From an uncultured Pseudomonadota bacterium (GTDB lineage: Bacteria; Oederibacteriota; Muellerivitia; Muellerivitales; Muellerivitaceae), in assembly GCA_963836235.1 (NCBI GenBank), contig CAWIIP010000002.1, forward strand, positions 256,001 through 320,000: a DNA stretch of 64,000 nucleotides, in the 5' to 3' direction. A program made the position numbers and the translations under genes. Shown here in pieces: positions 21,529 through 30,410 of this stretch; positions within the stretch are counted from its first letter, which is position 1, and each line of letters begins with the position of its first letter. The notes beneath the pieces were generated by a model. That model had not been told where the DNA came from, searched no databases, and worked only from the letters and a program-made list of their open reading frames with translations.

Positions 21529-22503
21529 TTACTTCACCCAAACCAAATCTTTCCACTCGGGCGGGTCAATGCCCAGCATCACCAGGCATTCCTCAAAATC
21601 CACGGGGGGAAGAACCGTATAGGTCTTCGTGATTCCCGTCTTGGGGTGTTGGAAAGAGAGCCGGAAGGCGTGAAGCATCTGGCGGGGGGCCAAATCGGAA
21701 CCGCCCCCATAAACCGCATCCCCTAAAATGGGATGGTGGATGTATTGCATATGGACGCGGATTTGGTGGGTGCGGCCCGTTTCCAGTTTTAGATGAAGCA
21801 GGCTGGCCTTTTCCGCCTTACCCAGAACCGCGAAATGAGTGACCGCGATTTTCCCGCCCTCGGGTAACACCGCCATTCTTTTGCGGGAGACGAAATGCCG
21901 GCCCAGAGGGGCGTTGACTACCCCAGGCCCTTCCACTTCCCCCTTAACAATCCCTAAATATTCCCGGCTTAGTTTGCGGTATCTCAATTGCTTTACCAGA
22001 CTTTTGTAAGCCGCGTCGGTCTTGGCCACCACGAGAAGCCCCGAAGTATCCTTATCCAGCCTGTGCACCAGCCCCGGCCTTTGAACCCCTCCGACCCCCG
22101 CGATATCCGGGCAATGGGCCATGAGGGCATTGATGAGTGTCTTATCCGGATTCCCCGCGCCGGGATGCACCACCATCCCCACCGGTTTGTTGATCACCAA
22201 AAGAGAGGCGTCCTCAAAGACGATATCCAATTTGATGTCTTGGGCTTTTATATCGGACTTTTTAGAGGGTGGAATGTTGACTTGAAAGGTTTGGCCTTCC
22301 AAAACAATCAAGGAGACTTTTAAGGCCTTCACCGGAAATTGGGGGATGACATGGCCTTCTTTGATGAGAACTTGGGCTTGGTTGCGGGAAAAGGCTTTCA
22401 ACTGGGCAGAGAGGAAAACATCCAGGCGCTTGCCCCCCTCGCCAGGTTGGACGGTAATGAGGGCGGTTTGGGCGGTGGTGGAAGAGGGTTTCATGGAAGG
22501 CAT
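21529..22503 (-). CDS. rluD: RluA/RluD family 23S rRNA pseudouridine synthase
   Basis: S4-like RLD.FL, NKP.GMVVHP, VHRLDKDTSG, LETGRTHQIRVH, QMLHA. Confidence 0.93.
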   Translation of the reverse strand: MPSMKPSSTTAQTALITVQPGEGGKRLDVFLSAQLKAFSRNQAQVLIKEGHVIPQFPVKALKVSLIVLEGQTFQVNIPPSKKSDIKAQDIKLDIVFEDASLLVINKPVGMVVHPGAGNPDKTLINALMAHCPDIAGVGGVQRPGLVHRLDKDTSGLLVVAKTDAAYKSLVKQLRYRKLSREYLGIVKGEVEGPGVVNAPLGRHFVSRKRMAVLPEGGKIAVTHFAVLGKAEKASLLHLKLETGRTHQIRVHMQYIHHPILGDAVYGGGSDLAPRQMLHAFRLSFQHPKTGITKTYTVLPPVDFEECLVMLGIDPPEWKDLVWVK

Positions 22504-22546
22504 TTTACTTGGAATCGACGGCAAAACCCAAAAGAAAGAGGGTTTG

Positions 22547-22648
22547 AACCACCAAGGGCACCAAGTTCACCAAGAACGACGAACATCTAAGATTTTAAAA
22601 TTCTCAAAAGTCTTTTGCTTTCTTGGTGCCCTTGGTGAACTTGGTGGT
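22547..22648. repeat. Miniature inverted-repeat (hairpin) element
   Basis: Arms ACCACCAAGGGCACCAAGTTCACCAAGAA and TTCTTGGTGCCCTTGGTGAACTTGGTGGT built from 9-nt CACCAAG units. Confidence 0.8.
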
Positions 22649-22661
22649 GAAAAAGGTTTTG

Positions 22662-23465
22662 TCAGAGGTTCTTAATTTGGGGTTCTTTTGGTTTTCTTTG
22701 AATAATCCAGAGGATAACCAAAACCGACAGGAGAATAATGATTCCGCTGACAGCCTGGGAGGCTGAGTTGAAGATAATCAAATAGTGTTTGTTCCAATCC
22801 CGTCTCCAAAATTCAATGACTAGTCGAAGGGTTCCATAAGTAAGCCCATACAAAGCGATGGTCAGCCATTGGTAACGGATGGTCCAACGCCGGGTCCAAA
22901 GCAGGAGTAGAAAGAGGGCGAAGTCCCCGGCCATTTCCCATAGCTGGGTTGGAAGATGGGGGATATTGTCCCCCGCTCCCGGAAAAATCATCCCATGAAC
23001 CGGATCTTCGATTCCATAACAACAGCCATTCAAAAAGCATCCAACGCGCCCAATGGCGTGGCCCAAGAGGATATAAGGGGCCACCAAATCGAAGGTATAG
23101 CTGACTGGCCATTTCTGGGTTCGAATCCAGTAAAAAGCTACCGCCAAAGCCCCGAAAAGTCCCCCGTAAAACACCAACCCGCCTTGCCATATTTTGAAAG
23201 CATCAAGCCATTGGCCGTTCTCAAACTCGGTATAGTTTTCCAAAACGTAAAAGAGCCTCGCCCCCAAGAGGGAGCAGACAATGACATAAACCCCTAAGTC
23301 GAAGGCTTTTTGAAAGCCTTGTTCGTAGGTGATCCCCACCTTCGGGGCGACGTATTTACCCGTGTCCCTGGCGAAGAGATAAATGCTGAATCCCAGCGCC
23401 ACCGCCATGCAAAGGCCGTAGGAATAAAAATGAAGCGGGCCGATGGTCCACAAAATCGGATACAT
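22662..23465 (-). CDS. lgt: Prolipoprotein diacylglyceryl transferase
   Basis: MYPIL, YG, GARLFYV, GGLVFYGG, GRVGCFLNGCCYG, PTQL.E, R..IEF.R. Confidence 0.95.
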   Translation of the reverse strand: MYPILWTIGPLHFYSYGLCMAVALGFSIYLFARDTGKYVAPKVGITYEQGFQKAFDLGVYVIVCSLLGARLFYVLENYTEFENGQWLDAFKIWQGGLVFYGGLFGALAVAFYWIRTQKWPVSYTFDLVAPYILLGHAIGRVGCFLNGCCYGIEDPVHGMIFPGAGDNIPHLPTQLWEMAGDFALFLLLLWTRRWTIRYQWLTIALYGLTYGTLRLVIEFWRRDWNKHYLIIFNSASQAVSGIIILLSVLVILWIIQRKPKEPQIKNL

Positions 23466-23954
23466 TTAAACCCTTTCCCAAGATTGCTTTGGTTTCGCGA
23501 AAAAATAGCCCAACAATAAAAGAGTCAAGCCGACCGTGATACAGGAATCCGCCAAATTGAAAATGTAGGGAAACCATTGGTGCTGGTGGAAACGAACGTC
23601 GATAAAGTCCACGACTTTCCGGTAAAAGACCCTATCAATGAAGTTACCCATCGCCCCGCCCCAAATCAACCCCAGGGAGAGCCGTTGAAGCACTTTCTCG
23701 GAAGGAACGAACCTTTGATAGGCGTAAACAATCAAGCCCGCCCCGCAGGTGATGGCGATAAAAAAGGGAATCCGGACATAGGCGGGGGTATTGGCCATGA
23801 ACCCGAAAGCCGCGCCGGGGTTTTGGATGTAAGTCAAATAAAGATAATCCCGGATGACCATGATCGAATCCCCCATCCGGCAATAGTGCATGACAAGGAA
23901 CTTCGAGATTTGGTCGGAAAGAACCGCCAGTAATGAAACTCTTCGAATGATCAT
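23466..23954 (-). CDS. lspA: Lipoprotein signal peptidase (copy 2)
   Basis: DQISK, NPGAAFG, GGAMGNFIDR, VVDFI, FNLADSCI. Confidence 0.92.
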   Translation of the reverse strand: MIIRRVSLLAVLSDQISKFLVMHYCRMGDSIMVIRDYLYLTYIQNPGAAFGFMANTPAYVRIPFFIAITCGAGLIVYAYQRFVPSEKVLQRLSLGLIWGGAMGNFIDRVFYRKVVDFIDVRFHQHQWFPYIFNLADSCITVGLTLLLLGYFFAKPKQSWERV

Positions 23955-24433
23955 GCCCGGGTCTTCTGCCGGTGACCCGCGATAAACTCAAAGAGAAGAT
24001 AGGCGAGCCCCACGGTAATGCAGGCATCCGCCACATTGAAGATATAAGGGAACCATTCGTATTCGTAATAACGCATTTCAATGAAATCGACGACTTTGCC
24101 ATATAAAAGCCGGTCCACCATGTTTCCCAAGGCGCCTCCCCATACCAAACCGAGCGCGATGCGGGTTAGAAGCCTCTCATGGGCCAAGAGCTTTTGGTAC
24201 ATATAAACGATGAAGGTGGCCGCCAGGGTGGCCGCGATAAAAAAGGGAATGCGCACAAAGGGTTCCAAATTGGACATGAAACCAAAGGCGGTTCCGGGAT
24301 TTTGGATATAGGTGAAATATACGAAATCGGGTAAGAGGGGAACGGACTCGTTCAGGGACATTCGGTTTAAAACGAGGAACTTGGTGGCCTGGTCCAAGGC
24401 CAATACCAGCATGGAGATACCCGCCAGCGGCAT
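23951..24433 (-). CDS. lspA: Lipoprotein signal peptidase (copy 1)
   Basis: DQATK, NPGTAFG, GGALGNMVDR, VVDFI, FNVADACI; TGATG coupling to ileS. Confidence 0.92.
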   Translation of the reverse strand: MPLAGISMLVLALDQATKFLVLNRMSLNESVPLLPDFVYFTYIQNPGTAFGFMSNLEPFVRIPFFIAATLAATFIVYMYQKLLAHERLLTRIALGLVWGGALGNMVDRLLYGKVVDFIEMRYYEYEWFPYIFNVADACITVGLAYLLFEFIAGHRQKTRA

Positions 24434-27294
24434 CAAGCTTGGCCGTCCCCGACCGCCTGGAATTTTTGAACGATGGGCCCGCAGCGGTGGCAGATATCGG
24501 GGTAGGTCTTATCCATTTGCTCGGGGGAATAATAGTTCCAGCAACGGGCACATTTTTGGCCACTAGTTTTTTTCGCAAAAACACCCAGAGTGGTTATTCT
24601 TTCGGATAAAAACCCATTTTCCGGTGCCATTCCTTCTTTTAGTTCAACTTTCGAAACTATGAAGTAATACCTCAAGTCATTCAAATAATTTTCAAGAATT
24701 CTCCAATATTTTTTATCAACTTTATCATTAATAAAAATCTCGACTTCTGCTTCCAAAGAACTTCCAATGGTTTTTGCTTGTCTCAAATTTTCTAAAGATT
24801 TCATCACTTCTTCTTTAACGTTGAAAAGACACTGCCATTCATCAATAAAAGGAACGCCAATAATCTTTTTTGCGTCACAAAGTTCTTCGTATTCTTTTAC
24901 ATGATTTGATAGTTTGCAGGAAAAAACGCTCTTTTCTTCTTTAAATTTCTCAGAAAGAGATTGCCAAATTTCTTCAGCCGTAAAAGAAAGAATTGGAGCA
25001 ATTGCAACCAAAGAATCTTTTAAGATTTTATAGAGTACTGTTTGGGCAGAACGTCGTTCCTTTGAATTCACCTCAAATGTGTACAATCTATCTTTCAATA
25101 TATCAAAGTACTTTGAACTTAATTCAACAGTAAAATAATGTTCGAATTGATGAAAAACTTTCGTGAATTGAAATTCACGATAATATTTATCTATCAAAAT
25201 CATATTTCCGTTAGACACCAATTTGGCATAGACATCCAAATCTAAAAGATCACCGTCTTTGACAGTGTGAATTAAAGGGTCAAAGTCCGATAGATTTCCC
25301 AATATAAATCGAAAAGTATTCCGAATTTTTCTGTACGCTTCCGACATACGTTGAAGCATTTCCTCACTAATGGCAACATCCTCGGTGTAATCCTCGGAAG
25401 AGACCCAAAGCCGCAGGATATCGGCACCGTATTTTTTCATTACTTCCAAGGGGTCAATGACGTTGCCCAGGCTCTTGTGCATCGCCTTTCCCTCGGCATC
25501 CAATACCCATCCGTGCGTTAAAACTCCGGTGAAGGGCGCGTGGCCTTTCAAGGCGACCCCGGTCCAAAGGGCGTGCTGGAACCAGCCACGGTGCTGGTCA
25601 CCGCCTTCCAGATAAAGAACGTATTTGGCATTCTGCAACTCGGGCCTTTGGTCCATCACGGCGAAGTGGGAACTTCCCGACTCAAACCAAACGTCCAAAA
25701 TGTCCTCTTCTTTGACGAACTCGGCGGAGCCACAAGCGCACTTGAACCCTTGCGGCAAGACATCCTGGGCTTGGTGATTAAACCAGCCATCGATCCCCTC
25801 TTTTTGAACCAAGGATACAATCGATTCCAAGACTTTCTTGTCCTCAACCGGCTTCCCGCAAAGTTTGCAATAAACGACCGTAATAGGAACTCCCCAGGCC
25901 CTTTGGCGGGAAATGCACCAATCCGAACGGCTTTCGACCATGTTCCGGATACGGTCCTTGCCCCAAGCCGGAATCCATTGAACTTTCTCGATCTCGGCCA
26001 GACATCGTTTGCGTAAATCCTGATAATCCAACTCGATAAACCACTGGGCGGTCGCCCGGAAAATGATGGGATTCTTCGAGCGCCAACAATGGGGGTAACT
26101 GTGCTGGATGGTTTGTACGGAAAGAAGCCGTCCCAAACCCTTCAGTTTTTCCACGATCTTGGGATTGGCTTCCCAAACCGACATTCCCTCATATTCCTTG
26201 ACCCTTGCGTCATACCGCCCCGCCTCATTAACAGGCGAATAAACGGGCAAGCCGTACTTCAGGCCGATTTCGTAGTCCTCCCGGCCATGGCCGGGGGCCG
26301 TGTGGACCAATCCGGTTCCCGTATCGGCCGTAACGTGGGTCCCCACCATGACCAGTGAGTCCTGGTCCAGGAAAGGGTGGTGTCCAATAGACCTATCCAG
26401 TTGATCTCCCTTGGCTTCATCGATGATTTTGAAGTCGTCGGATTTCCATCCACAAACGCCCGCGACCTGGGGTAAAAGGACCTTGGCTAATATGTAGTAA
26501 GCCTCTCCTACCTGTACTGTGACATATTCAAAATCCGGATGAACTGAAATGCCAAGATTGGCCGGCAAGGTCCAGGGGGTTGTGGTCCAAATCAGGAAAG
26601 AAAGGTTCTCCCGAGGCGTATTCGGAAAGACCTTGTCCGGAAGCTGCTTGACGGGAAAGGCCACCGTCACCGACAGGGATTCATGGTCCGCGTATTCCAC
26701 CTCGGCCTCGGCCAGGGCGGTTTTACAGACCGGGCACCAGTGGATGGGGCGCAAACGGCGGCTGACATAACCTTCCGAAAGCAGCTGAGTCAAGGCCTTC
26801 ACCAACGAAAGCTCGTAAGTGGGGTCCATAGTCATATAGGGATGGTTAAAATCGCCGAAAATACCCAGGCGCTTGAACTCGTCCCTTTGGCGGTTCAGGA
26901 ATTTCTCGGCGTATTTGCGGCACTCGTTGCGGATTTCGACCTTCGACATGGTTTTGGACTTGGACCCCAACTGCTCCACCACCTTATGCTCAATAGGCAT
27001 GCCGTGGCAGTCCCATCCCGGCACATAGGGGGTATCGTGGCCCCGCAAAGCCTGGTACTTCACGATGATGTCCTTCAACACCTTGTTCAGGGCATGGCCC
27101 ATATGAATATCGCCATTGGCGAAAGGAGGGCCGTCATGTAGGACGTATTTAGGTGCCTCGGGTTTTTCGAAGGTCCGGTTATAAAAACCCAATTCTTCCC
27201 AGAGTTTTAACTTCTCCGGTTCGGTCTGGGGAAGGTTGGCCTTCATGGGAAAGGTTGTCTGGGTAATGTTGAGGGTTGACTTGTAATCCGCCAT
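24433..27294 (-). CDS. ileS: Isoleucine--tRNA ligase (bacterial type 1, C-terminal zinc finger)
   Basis: HDGPPFANG, HMGH, PGWDCHG, WTTTPWTLP, WCISRQR, AMHKS, CARCW...CHRC. Confidence 0.97.
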   Translation of the reverse strand: MADYKSTLNITQTTFPMKANLPQTEPEKLKLWEELGFYNRTFEKPEAPKYVLHDGPPFANGDIHMGHALNKVLKDIIVKYQALRGHDTPYVPGWDCHGMPIEHKVVEQLGSKSKTMSKVEIRNECRKYAEKFLNRQRDEFKRLGIFGDFNHPYMTMDPTYELSLVKALTQLLSEGYVSRRLRPIHWCPVCKTALAEAEVEYADHESLSVTVAFPVKQLPDKVFPNTPRENLSFLIWTTTPWTLPANLGISVHPDFEYVTVQVGEAYYILAKVLLPQVAGVCGWKSDDFKIIDEAKGDQLDRSIGHHPFLDQDSLVMVGTHVTADTGTGLVHTAPGHGREDYEIGLKYGLPVYSPVNEAGRYDARVKEYEGMSVWEANPKIVEKLKGLGRLLSVQTIQHSYPHCWRSKNPIIFRATAQWFIELDYQDLRKRCLAEIEKVQWIPAWGKDRIRNMVESRSDWCISRQRAWGVPITVVYCKLCGKPVEDKKVLESIVSLVQKEGIDGWFNHQAQDVLPQGFKCACGSAEFVKEEDILDVWFESGSSHFAVMDQRPELQNAKYVLYLEGGDQHRGWFQHALWTGVALKGHAPFTGVLTHGWVLDAEGKAMHKSLGNVIDPLEVMKKYGADILRLWVSSEDYTEDVAISEEMLQRMSEAYRKIRNTFRFILGNLSDFDPLIHTVKDGDLLDLDVYAKLVSNGNMILIDKYYREFQFTKVFHQFEHYFTVELSSKYFDILKDRLYTFEVNSKERRSAQTVLYKILKDSLVAIAPILSFTAEEIWQSLSEKFKEEKSVFSCKLSNHVKEYEELCDAKKIIGVPFIDEWQCLFNVKEEVMKSLENLRQAKTIGSSLEAEVEIFINDKVDKKYWRILENYLNDLRYYFIVSKVELKEGMAPENGFLSERITTLGVFAKKTSGQKCARCWNYYSPEQMDKTYPDICHRCGPIVQKFQAVGDGQA

Positions 27295-27401
27295 TTTTCG
27301 TCCAATTTCAAGGGATTTAAGACCGAAAGCTTATCAAATGCTTTTAAAAATGTTTAGTCTTTTTTGGCTGGCCGGAAAGGAGAAAGGAGTTACCGATGAA
27401 T

Positions 27402-28688
27402 TTAGGTGTTCACCCGGAGAATCGAATTGTCGCCGCCCAATCCATCATGGACATGCTCGGGACTAGAAGGGTCGGGAATCCACTCCAAATCATTCAAAAC
27501 AAATTTGTAATGGTAAATCCCGGGATTCAAGGAAATGATAAAACGGAAACTGCCGTCCTCTTGCCGGGTCATGAGGTCGGCGTCCTTGTCCCAATTGTTG
27601 AAATTGCCGACCAATGAAACTTTTTGGACTTCCCTTTGAGGCCGGTAGGTGATGGTGATCTTGATGGGCGGCTCGAAAGCCATCACCCGGTTGCGGCCCT
27701 GGGATTTGGCGAGATAAAGACTGCTATCGGCCTTTTTGACCAGGTCCTCCTCGTTAGACGCGTCCACGGGAAAAGTTGCGACTCCCGCCGAGATGGTCAT
27801 CCTCCCCAAAGGCTGGGATTGCATCCGGTCGAACATGGTTTCGTTGATCCTTTGACGGATCCTTTCCGCCAATTCAGTGGCCCGTTTGCGACTGGTTTCC
27901 GGCAGGACAATCACCATTTCTTCCCCGCCGTAACGGGCGACAATATCCACTTCTCGGGCTTCCTGTTTGAGGATGGTGGCGATTTTTTTTAACACCTCGT
28001 TTCCCGCCGGATGCCCGTTGGAATCGTTGTATTTCTTGAAGTGGTCGATATCCAGAATCACCAGCGACAAAAGACGGTGGTAGCGCTCGGCCCTGAGGCG
28101 TTCTTCTTTCAGCCTTTCCAAGAAATAACCGAAGTTGTAGAGGCCTGTCAAAAGGTCTGTGATGGCCATTTGGCGGGCGCGTTCGTAAAGCAGGGCATAT
28201 TCAATCGCCAGGACATCCTGCGCGCCCCCTTCCTCCCGCAAACGCATGGCGCCCTCAAAGAAAACCAGCCCCAGCCGGTTCAAGAGCATGGAGACCTGGC
28301 TCACCGCCTGGAAATGCGCCGAAATTTCATGCTGGCCTTCGGGGCCCAAATCGACGATTTCCCGGACGGCTTCTCGCACCGTATCCCGCATTGAGAAAAG
28401 CAGGAAAACCATGTCAGTGGAAGAAAGCTGATGGTCTCCTTGCAGCGCCTTCAAATGGGAAAGGATTTGCTTGAACTCGGCGTCCACGGCCTGTTCCACG
28501 CTTCCGGACCGCTCCACCACCGCCACCAAATCCAGAAGCAACCCGCGGATCTCGTGAAAAACACCTTCGTTTCCGACCAAGCCTTCCAACCGCCCGGACA
28601 TCTGGCTTACGGAGGACTTCCACCGGTCCCGGAGTAGGTTTTCTTTTTGCTGCAGAAAGAGGGATAAGGTATTTTTTAATGTTTCCAT
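27402..28688 (-). CDS. Diguanylate cyclase with N-terminal RsbRD_N-like helical domain and C-terminal glycogen-binding (CBM48/AMPK-beta-like) domain
   Basis: TDLLTGLYN, DIDHFKKYND..GH..G, RYGGEEM, I-site REVD; C-terminal V.LVGNFNNW...PGIYHYKFV...W..DP...G..NS. Confidence 0.88.
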   Translation of the reverse strand: METLKNTLSLFLQQKENLLRDRWKSSVSQMSGRLEGLVGNEGVFHEIRGLLLDLVAVVERSGSVEQAVDAEFKQILSHLKALQGDHQLSSTDMVFLLFSMRDTVREAVREIVDLGPEGQHEISAHFQAVSQVSMLLNRLGLVFFEGAMRLREEGGAQDVLAIEYALLYERARQMAITDLLTGLYNFGYFLERLKEERLRAERYHRLLSLVILDIDHFKKYNDSNGHPAGNEVLKKIATILKQEAREVDIVARYGGEEMVIVLPETSRKRATELAERIRQRINETMFDRMQSQPLGRMTISAGVATFPVDASNEEDLVKKADSSLYLAKSQGRNRVMAFEPPIKITITYRPQREVQKVSLVGNFNNWDKDADLMTRQEDGSFRFIISLNPGIYHYKFVLNDLEWIPDPSSPEHVHDGLGGDNSILRVNT

Positions 28689-28742
28689 GAATTTGATTCC
28701 ATTATTAAAAAAGATGGGGGAGGTGTGAAAGCGCCAAAGTAA

Positions 28743-30272
28743 CTAGTTTTTTAACATCTTATTGTAAAGGTCTTTGTATTTCCCCGCGGAGACATCCCAT
28801 GAAAAATCCTGCTTCATGGCCCGCTGGACCAGTTCTTTCCACAATTTGGGCTGGTGGAAAGCCTCGACGGCGCGCCGAATCACGAATAACAGCTCATTGG
28901 CGCGGTATTGTTCAAAAACAAACCCTGTTCCTTTTTTGCCTTCCAGGGAAAGGTTCTCGACCGTATCGGCCAATCCCCCCGTCTTCCGGACAATGGGAAT
29001 GGTTCCATACTTCATGGCGATCATTTGGCCCAAGCCGCAAGGTTCAAAACGCGAGGGCATCAAGAACATGTCGCTTCCCGCGTAAATCAATTTGGCCAGC
29101 CGACTGTCAAATTTTAAAACTGCCGCGAACTTGGAGGGAAATCGATGGCGCAAACTATCGAAAAGGGTGTGATAGCGAAGTTCCCCGGTTCCCAAAACCA
29201 CAAATTGAACGTCTAATTCCAGAAAGCTTTCGATGACTTCTGCGATAAGATCCAGTCCCTTTTGATCCACAAGCCGGGAAACCAGGCCCACCAGGGGAAC
29301 ATCCGGTTTGAACGGCAGCTCTAATTCTTCGGTAAGCTTCTTCTTTGAAACTTCCTTTTTTTCGTGGTTTTTTAAGGTGTATTGGGCTGGAATTTCCTTA
29401 TCCGTGGCCGGATTCCACTCGTCATAATCGATGCCATTGAGGATTCCATGAATCGATGAAGCCCGGGTTCCTAGAACACCCTGCAGCCCGTGCCCGAATT
29501 CTTCCGTTTGTATTTCCTCAGCGTAGTTTTCGGAGACCGTGCTCAGGGCGTCGGCATAAACAAGGCCCGCCTTGAGAAAATTAATTTGGTCGTAAAATTC
29601 TAATTTCTCGTGTTGAAACTCTTCCCAACCGATTCCGGTCATGGGCAAAACATATTTCGGAAAAAGCCCCTGGTAGGCCATGTTATGGATGGTAAACAGG
29701 CTTCGAGTGGAGGCAAAATGGGGATCGGATTTATAGATAGTTTTTAAATAAACGGCCGCCAATCCGGTCTGCCAATCGTTAAGGTGTAGGATGTCCGGAT
29801 ACCACCGAATAGCCTTGAGCATCTCAAATAATGCCCTAGAGAAAAAGGCGAACCGCTCCGCATTGTCATGGTAATCCCCTTCCGCCGTCCCGTAAAAACC
29901 TTCCCGATCGAAATAACGCTCATTCTGGATGAAATAAGCCGTTCCAGGGGTTGATCCCAGCCGGGTGGATAGAATATCGGCGGTCATATCTCCCATTCCC
30001 ATGGGCACGTTCATGCCCTTCACTTCCAGCTTCAGTTTAAATTTTTCAGGTGAAATACTCTTATATTTGGGCAGGACAACCGCAACTTCACAACCCGATT
30101 TCATCAAAGCCCCGGGCAAAGAACCCACCACATCCGCAAGTCCGCCCGTTTTAGCGAAAGGAACCGCCTCCGAAGCGACCAATAAAACTTTCAACTTGTT
30201 CGCACGCGGTCCCTTGGCGGAAACGAGGGAAGCGTTTGTTGATTTTTTGGCACCGGTAAGTGGCATGATCAT
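28743..30272 (-). CDS. glgA: Glycogen synthase
   Basis: SEAVPFAKTGGLADV, TIHNMAYQG, SRLVDQKG, PSRFEPCGL, TGGLADTV. Confidence 0.96.
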   Translation of the reverse strand: MIMPLTGAKKSTNASLVSAKGPRANKLKVLLVASEAVPFAKTGGLADVVGSLPGALMKSGCEVAVVLPKYKSISPEKFKLKLEVKGMNVPMGMGDMTADILSTRLGSTPGTAYFIQNERYFDREGFYGTAEGDYHDNAERFAFFSRALFEMLKAIRWYPDILHLNDWQTGLAAVYLKTIYKSDPHFASTRSLFTIHNMAYQGLFPKYVLPMTGIGWEEFQHEKLEFYDQINFLKAGLVYADALSTVSENYAEEIQTEEFGHGLQGVLGTRASSIHGILNGIDYDEWNPATDKEIPAQYTLKNHEKKEVSKKKLTEELELPFKPDVPLVGLVSRLVDQKGLDLIAEVIESFLELDVQFVVLGTGELRYHTLFDSLRHRFPSKFAAVLKFDSRLAKLIYAGSDMFLMPSRFEPCGLGQMIAMKYGTIPIVRKTGGLADTVENLSLEGKKGTGFVFEQYRANELLFVIRRAVEAFHQPKLWKELVQRAMKQDFSWDVSAGKYKDLYNKMLKN

Positions 30273-30410
30273 TCCAATAAGATTATTTGTAACGAGCGAT
30301 TGGAAGGGGCATTATAAAAGTCAACGAAGAGGTGTCAAGGCAGGAACCAAAAACCAGCCAAAACAACCTATTCCAACACTGGATTTAATATCGTTATTGG
30401 AGAGCAGGAA

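Noticed and set aside
19993-21654. rluD tail repeats as a diversity-generating retroelement TR/VR pair
   Set aside because: The differences are not adenine-specific on either strand and no reverse transcriptase is present.
27295-27401. T-box leader upstream of ileS
   Set aside because: The intergenic region is only ~100 nt and has no T-box motif.
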